A DNA stretch of 19,015 nucleotides from the IMG/VR virus record IMGVR_UViG_2703718841_000004; one strand, written 5' to 3'. Origin of the DNA: a virus. Its lineage: Duplodnaviria; Heunggongvirae; Uroviricota; Caudoviricetes. Each line of letters starts with the position of its first letter. Within the stretch, counting starts at the first letter, position 1. This document shows, in pieces, positions 14,137-19,015 of this stretch. Both the position numbers and the translations under genes were made by a program. The notes below the pieces were generated by a model, which saw nothing but the letters and a program-made list of their open reading frames with translations, did not search any database and had not been told where the DNA came from.

Positions 14137-14620
14137 TTTATCCTCCATTGAGGTTCTGGGTTAAAAATGGAGACCAACATGCTGCCACATGTGGTCGTGC
14201 GCCGGACACGGATAAGAATCCGGCACTGACAGTTTACTGAAAGGATATATCCCTGAAAAGTCAGGGCATAACGCGAAAGCGCACGGCGAAGTTCGTCTCA
14301 CTGTACGGTGTCGTTAAATTTAATTCGACCGTGCGCTTCCGGTTGTGGCACTCCGCGAAATGGCGCGGCGGTACGTATGGCGGGGTTATTCCTTCCCCCT
14401 GTTGAGGACACCGGGTTGTCAGGTTGACCATACGCCTGAGTGACAACCCCGCTGCAACACCCCATGTTGATTACCTTTTCATTGCTGGCTGATGTCCGTC
14501 CTTTTTAAAGTGAATTTTGTGATGCGGTGAATGCGGCTCAGCGCACGCGGAACAGTTAAAAAGGCCAGTTGACTTCCGTATTGGTTCTTATGGGTGGGTT
14601 CTCTGTATCCGGCGTTAATT

Positions 14621-14634
14621 GTTAACTAGTTAAC
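14621..14634. promoter_or_regulatory. Perfect 14-bp palindrome GTTAACTAGTTAAC upstream of dicB (candidate protein-binding site)
   Basis: Exact reverse-complement symmetry, 56 bp upstream of the dicB ATG, followed by the tandem 7-mers AGGCACC AGGCACC (14644-14657). Confidence 0.3.
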
Positions 14635-14689
14635 GTCACCTGGAGGCACCAGGCACCGCATCACAAAATTCATTGTTGAGGACGCGATA

Positions 14690-14872
14690 ATGGAAACGTT
14701 ATTACCAAACGTCAATACGTCTGAAGGTTGTTTTGAAATTGGTGTCAGAATCAGTAACCCTGTATTTACTGAAGATGCCATTAATAAGAGAAAACACGAA
14801 CGGGAGCTATTAAATCAAATATGCATTGTTTCAATGCTGGCCCGTTTACGCCTGATGCAAAAAGGACGCTGA
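14690..14872 (+). CDS. dicB: Cell-division inhibitor DicB
   Basis: 60 aa, METLLPNVNTSEGCFEIGVRISNPVFTEDAINKRKHERELLNQICIVSMLARLRLMQKGR, near-identical to K-12 DicB as recalled. RBS GAGGA. Confidence 0.85.
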   Translation: METLLPNVNTSEGCFEIGVRISNPVFTEDAINKRKHERELLNQICIVSMLARLRLMQKGR

Positions 14873-14874
14873 CA

Positions 14875-15078
14875 ATGAATACAGCATTTGCACTCGTTCT
14901 GACAGTTTTTCTTAATACAGGCGAACCAGTCGATCTTGTTATTGGTATACATGACTCAATGAAAGAATGCATGGCTGCCGCAGCGGAACAGAAAATTCCC
15001 GGCAACTGTTATCCGGTTGATAAAGTTATTCGCATGGACAATAACGAAATCCCGGCAGGACTTAAAACAGCACCGTAA
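14875..15078 (+). CDS. ydfD: YdfD-like small membrane lysis/toxic protein (DUF1482)
   Basis: 67 aa from ATG 14875 (MNTAFALVLTVFLNTGEPVDLVIGIHDSMKECMAAAAEQKIPGNCYPVDKVIRMDNNEIPAGLKTAP), starting 2 nt after the dicB stop; RBS AAGGA. Confidence 0.7.
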   Translation: MNTAFALVLTVFLNTGEPVDLVIGIHDSMKECMAAAAEQKIPGNCYPVDKVIRMDNNEIPAGLKTAP

Positions 15079-15158
15079 TTAATATCCGGTTTCATTTTTA
15101 TATGCCAGCAATGGCAGGGATTTGTTCACCCTTAAATCTGTAATGAGGTTAAAACAAA

Positions 15159-17597
15159 ATGAGTAAAGTCTTTATTTGCGCCGCCATTCCGGACGAACAG
15201 GCAATAAAGGAAGAAGGTGCAGTCGCTGTAGCCACTGCCATTGAAGCCGGCGACGAACGCCGCGCCCGTGCCAAATTTACCTGGCAATTCCTGGAGCAAT
15301 ATCCGGCTGCTCAGGACTGCGCTTATAAATTTCTTGTTTGCGAGGATAAACCCGGCATGCCCCGCCCTGCCATCGACTCCTGGGATACCGAATATATGCT
15401 GGAAAACCGCTGGGATGAAGAGTCAGCCTCTTTTGTCCCGATCGAACCAGAATCCGATCCGATGAACGTCAATTTTGACAAGCTGTCCCTTGAAGTACAG
15501 AACGCGGTCCTGGTTAAGTTCGGTACATGTGAAAACATCACCGTTGATATGGTGATTAGTGCACAGGAATTGTTGCAGGAGGACATGGCAACATTCGACG
15601 GGCATATCGTTGAGGCATTGATGAAAATGCCTGAAGTTAACGTCATGTATTCAGAACTAAAGCTGTTCGCCATCGGGTGGGTTAAACATAAATGTAAGCC
15701 GGGTGCAAAATGGCCTGAGATCCAGACAGAATTACGCACCTGGAAAAAACGTCGCGAAGCCGAACGCAAAGAAACCGGGAAATACACGTCTGTTGTTGAT
15801 CTTGCCCGCGCCAGAGTCAACCGGCAGCACACTGAAAACTCAGCAGGAAAAATCAACCCCGCCACTGCCGCCATTCGTCGCGAATACAAGCAGACATGGA
15901 AAACGCTGGATGAAGAACTGGCCTACGCTCTGTGGCCTGGCGATATTAATGCCGGAAACATTGACGGCAGCATCCATCGCTGGGCAAAAAATGAAGTTAT
16001 CGACAAAGATCGCGAAGACTGGAAGCGCATTTCCGCATCAATGCGCAAACAACCCGATGCCGTCCGCTACGACCGTCAGACTATTTTTGGCCTTGTCCGT
16101 GAGCGTCCGATCGACATTCACAAAGATCCCGTGGCACTGAACAAATACATCACTGAATACCTGGCGACAAAGGGCGTGTTTGAGGATGAAGAAACAGACC
16201 AGAACACTGCTGATATTCTCCAGCCGTCAGCAGCACAAACTGATGCAGTGGAAACTGAAGTATCTGATACCCAAAAAAATGAAAGCACGCTGGAAACTGA
16301 ACCATCTGTAGAGCGTGAGGGGCCGTTCTACTTCCTTTTCACCGATAAGGATGGCGAAAAATATGGTCGTGCAAACAAACTTTCTGGTCTGAATAAGGCG
16401 CTGGCTGCAGGGGCTACTGAAATCACGAAAGAAGAATATTTTGCCCGCAAAAACGGCACATACTCAGGTTCACAACAAAATACTGGTGCATCTGACACGA
16501 TCGCACAACCAGAGCCGGTAAAAGTTACCGCTGACGAAGTAAACAAAATTATGCAGGCAGCCAATATCAGCCAGCCTGACGCCAATAAGTTGCTTGCTGT
16601 ATCACGTGGCGAATTTGTTGCAGGGATTAGCGACCCGAATGATCCGAAATGGGTGAAGGGGATTGAAACCCGCGATTCAGTGAATCAGAACCAGAAAGAA
16701 ACGGAACAGAACGACCAGAAAGCGGAACAAAACAGCCCAAATGCGCAACAGGAGCCGGAAAAAGCCTGCACCGCCTGCGGTCAGACCAGCGGCGGCAACT
16801 GCCCTGATTGTGGTGCGGTGATGGGCGACGCAACGTATCAGGAAACCTTTAATGAAGAAAATCTGGATGAATCTCAGGAAAAAGATCCGGAGGAAATGGA
16901 AGGCGCTGAACATCCACACAAGGAGAATGCTGGCAGCTATCAGGACCACGCCAGCGATAGCGAAACTGGCGAGACGGCAGATCCCTTAATTGCGGTGAAC
17001 GGTCATCACGTTATCACATCCACCAGCAGAGTGTGGTACCACCTGATGATCGACCTTGAAACGATGGGTAAAAAAAGTAATGCCCCCATCGTGGTTATTG
17101 GTGCTGTGTTCTTCGATCCGCAGACCGGGGAAATCGGGCCAACATTTTATATCGTTATCAGCCTGGTTGACGCTATGGACACGGGTGCTGTTCCTGATGG
17201 TTCCACCATCGAATGGTGGCTTGCTCAGTCCAGCGAAGCCAGATCTGCAATTTTAGTTGATCAGGTAAAACTGGTTGACGCTCTTATTCAATTTCGGGAA
17301 TTCATCAATGAGTACTCGGATGAAGAATTCGTTCAGGTATGGGGCAATGGTGCAACTTTCGACAACACTATTTTACGAACCTCGTACGAACGCCTGAACA
17401 TCCCCTGCCCGTGGCGTTACTACAACGATCGCGATGTACGTACAATCGTTGAACTGGGAAAAACTATCGGCTTCGATGCCAGAACAGTTATTCTATTTGA
17501 AGGCGTGCGCCACCATGCGCTGGATGATGCCCGTCACCAGGCGAAATACGTTACAGCCACGATACAAAAACTGATCCCGAATCAGGCTGATTTTTAA
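15159..17597 (+). CDS. Large early-left exonuclease: RecE-like N-terminal/central region fused to a C-terminal DnaQ-like DEDDh 3'-5' exonuclease domain, with an internal Cys4 zinc ribbon
   Basis: 812 aa, RBS GAGGT. The C-terminus has Exo I MIDLETMG, Exo II WGNGATFDNTIL and Exo III HHALDDARHQAKY. A CxxC...CxxC motif (CTACGQTSGGNCPDCG) and acidic low-complexity linkers are present. The segment LLAVSRGEFVAGISDPNDPKWVKGIETRD resembles the RecE central region as recalled. Confidence 0.8.
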   Translation: MSKVFICAAIPDEQAIKEEGAVAVATAIEAGDERRARAKFTWQFLEQYPAAQDCAYKFLVCEDKPGMPRPAIDSWDTEYMLENRWDEESASFVPIEPESDPMNVNFDKLSLEVQNAVLVKFGTCENITVDMVISAQELLQEDMATFDGHIVEALMKMPEVNVMYSELKLFAIGWVKHKCKPGAKWPEIQTELRTWKKRREAERKETGKYTSVVDLARARVNRQHTENSAGKINPATAAIRREYKQTWKTLDEELAYALWPGDINAGNIDGSIHRWAKNEVIDKDREDWKRISASMRKQPDAVRYDRQTIFGLVRERPIDIHKDPVALNKYITEYLATKGVFEDEETDQNTADILQPSAAQTDAVETEVSDTQKNESTLETEPSVEREGPFYFLFTDKDGEKYGRANKLSGLNKALAAGATEITKEEYFARKNGTYSGSQQNTGASDTIAQPEPVKVTADEVNKIMQAANISQPDANKLLAVSRGEFVAGISDPNDPKWVKGIETRDSVNQNQKETEQNDQKAEQNSPNAQQEPEKACTACGQTSGGNCPDCGAVMGDATYQETFNEENLDESQEKDPEEMEGAEHPHKENAGSYQDHASDSETGETADPLIAVNGHHVITSTSRVWYHLMIDLETMGKKSNAPIVVIGAVFFDPQTGEIGPTFYIVISLVDAMDTGAVPDGSTIEWWLAQSSEARSAILVDQVKLVDALIQFREFINEYSDEEFVQVWGNGATFDNTILRTSYERLNIPCPWRYYNDRDVRTIVELGKTIGFDARTVILFEGVRHHALDDARHQAKYVTATIQKLIPNQADF

Positions 17598-17658
17598 TGT
17601 TCAACCGTCGCCAGTTGTAGTTGGTATTCTGCAACTGGCGCGTTCCGGAGTGATAACC

Positions 17659-17928
17659 ATGAGCGAACAGTACCTGATAACGCTCGATGAGTGGAAACCC
17701 AAACGGTTCAGTCTCCCAATAACAAACACTACCCTGGTGAAATACGGAAAACTTGGATACATCGTACCAAGACCACAAAAAATTCGTGGACGTTGGCTGA
17801 TAGATCGCCGGGCAGTATTTGTTGGACCTGGTGAAACGGGAATTGCGCCGGAAATTCATACTGGCGATGATGATGCACTGAAGGAGATTTTAACTCATGT
17901 CACCGAGGCCACGAAAAAACAGCACTGA
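17659..17928 (+). CDS. xis: Excisionase-like protein (Xis, DUF1233-type)
   Basis: About 90 aa from ATG 17659 (MSEQYLITLDEWKPKRFSLPITNTTLVKYGKLGYIVPRPQKIRGRWLIDRRAV...), RBS GGAG. It lies immediately upstream of the integrase and overlaps it by 32 nt. Confidence 0.55.
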   Translation: MSEQYLITLDEWKPKRFSLPITNTTLVKYGKLGYIVPRPQKIRGRWLIDRRAVFVGPGETGIAPEIHTGDDDALKEILTHVTEATKKQH

Positions 17929-19015
17929 CGTAGCCGGTCTTTACGAAAAGTTTGATCGCAGAACTGGCAGAGTTTACTACCAGTATAAAAACCCTGTGAC
18001 TGGAAAATTTCACGGACTCGGAACAGACAAAGGCAAAGCTGAAAGAATCGCTTCCACAGCCAATCAGCGAATAGCTGCAGCAGAAGCCGAATATTTCATG
18101 CGCAAAATTGATGAAAGTCCATCAGCAACAAAACGTCGGGGTATCAGATTAAAGGCATGGGTTGATCGATATCTGAAAATACAGGACACGCGACTGAAAA
18201 ATGGAGATATTGCAGCTACAACTCACAAAGAAAAAACTCGAATGGCTGCATACCTGGTTTCCCGTCTGGGAAACCACCCATTGAAAGAACTGGAAGTAAG
18301 AGACTTTGCATTAATACTGGATGAGTGGCTGGATAAAGACATGGTCAGCACAGCGAGAGTAAATCGTGGATTATGGGTTGATATTTATAAAGAAGCACAG
18401 CATGCAGGGGAAGTTCCTCCTGGATGGAATCCTCCGGAGGCTACCCGTAAACCGATCCCTAAAGTAACCAGAGCCAGACTCACCCTGGAAGACTGGCAAA
18501 AAATTTACAACGCAACGCCTGAAAAACACTTTATCCGTAACGCAATGCTTCTTGCGATTGTTACTGGTCAGCGCCGTGATGACATTTGCCATATGCGTTT
18601 TTCAGATGTGTGGAACGAACACCTGCATATTACCCAGGGAAAAACTGGAATGCGTCTGGCGTTACCGCTGACGCTACGCTGTGATGCCATTGGGATATCG
18701 CTAAAAGAAGTGATTGATGGATGCAGGGACAGAATATTGAGTCCATACCTGATTCATAGTCGGCACCAAAAACAACCAAAACCAATGAGTAAAGACAACC
18801 TGAGCGATTACTTTGCCAAAGCGCGGGAGCTGGCTGGAATAATTCCACCAGCAGGAAAAACTCCGCCAACATTTCATGAACAACGTTCTCTATCAGAACG
18901 GCTGTACCGTGCACAGGGTATCGATACAAAAACATTACTGGGACATAAAGTCCAGGCAACCACCGATCGTTATAACGATACTCGTGGTCAGGAATGGGTT
19001 AAATTGGTTGTTTGA
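17897..19015 (+). CDS. int: Site-specific tyrosine integrase (lambda Int family)
   Basis: 372 aa, RBS AAGGAG. It shows the lambda-Int-like layout, with the catalytic-region motifs ...AIVTGQRRDDICHMRFSDV... and ...LLGHKVQATTDRYNDTRG... The TGA stop is the last codon of the window. Confidence 0.9.
   Translation: MSPRPRKNSTDVAGLYEKFDRRTGRVYYQYKNPVTGKFHGLGTDKGKAERIASTANQRIAAAEAEYFMRKIDESPSATKRRGIRLKAWVDRYLKIQDTRLKNGDIAATTHKEKTRMAAYLVSRLGNHPLKELEVRDFALILDEWLDKDMVSTARVNRGLWVDIYKEAQHAGEVPPGWNPPEATRKPIPKVTRARLTLEDWQKIYNATPEKHFIRNAMLLAIVTGQRRDDICHMRFSDVWNEHLHITQGKTGMRLALPLTLRCDAIGISLKEVIDGCRDRILSPYLIHSRHQKQPKPMSKDNLSDYFAKARELAGIIPPAGKTPPTFHEQRSLSERLYRAQGIDTKTLLGHKVQATTDRYNDTRGQEWVKLVV

Noticed and set aside
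14261-14446. 61-aa minus-strand ORF in the structured non-coding region upstream of dicB
   Set aside because: No RBS and a Pro/Arg-rich low-complexity translation; it coincides with the long-range inverted repeats, so the region is more likely RNA or regulatory than coding.
14137-14689. Canonical DicF sRNA
   Set aside because: I could not find the K-12 DicF sequence as I recall it, or a hairpin-plus-U-tract 3' end, in the expected position; left as an open question rather than annotated.
14781-15005. 74-aa ORF antisense to dicB/ydfD
   Set aside because: Antisense to two recognised genes; no support.
15241-17256. Internal ORFs of the 812-aa exonuclease gene (15241..15465, 15323..15889, 15423..15605, 15703..16140, 16328..16585, 16627..16833, 16677..16949, 17056..17256)
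   Set aside because: All overlap a long gene that has a clear RBS and complete DEDDh motifs, in other frames or antisense.
17551-17859. 102-aa ORF antisense to the xis region
   Set aside because: Antisense to the excisionase-like gene and to the 3' end of the exonuclease gene; no RBS.
18371-18959. ORFs antisense to the integrase gene (18371..18592, 18630..18959, 18701..18883)
   Set aside because: Embedded antisense in a recognised tyrosine recombinase gene.
1-19015. tRNA genes, rRNA genes and CRISPR arrays
   Set aside because: No cloverleaf-like candidate, rRNA-like conserved block or repeat-spacer array was seen by eye. tRNAs are common between Q and the lysis genes in lambdoid phages, so a proper tRNA scan is still warranted.
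18950-19015. Prophage attachment site (attL/attR core)
   Set aside because: The window ends at the integrase stop codon; any att core would lie at or beyond the window edge and cannot be assessed.

Overview
The window reads as one end of a lambdoid (Qin/Rac/DLP12-like) enterobacterial prophage, bounded on the left by an IS3 copy (1..943) and ending on the right at the stop codon of a tyrosine integrase (19015), so no att site is visible. Left to right: IS3 orfA/orfB; a DUF1398 (YbcV/YdfO-like) gene and bor (+); a minus-strand late region with GH108 endolysin, two small membrane proteins (holin/antiholin-like), an AppY-like AraC regulator and an ORF6N protein as cargo between Q and the lysis genes, Q antiterminator with candidate PR'/tR', RusA, a DUF968/HNH-like protein and a hok/mok (sok) type I toxin-antitoxin; then a plus-strand, AT-rich, single-gene insert encoding a 603-aa OLD-family ABC-ATPase/Toprim protein with its own RBS and terminator; then a replication initiator with embedded iteron arrays, YdaT-like and Cro-like YdaS genes, a divergent DicA/CI-like repressor with repeated AGTACAT operator-like motifs, an early-left operon (ydfA-like, small ORFs, dicB, ydfD-like, an 812-aa RecE-like protein with a C-terminal DEDDh exonuclease domain), excisionase and integrase. 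The most interesting element is the OLD-family gene next to hok/sok, in the slot where K-12 Qin carries relBE, as I recall that gene order. It is a candidate anti-phage defence gene, but the family itself is known, so it is a candidate rather than a demonstrably new system. All calls rest on reading the six-frame translations and sequence motifs by eye; no database search was possible.
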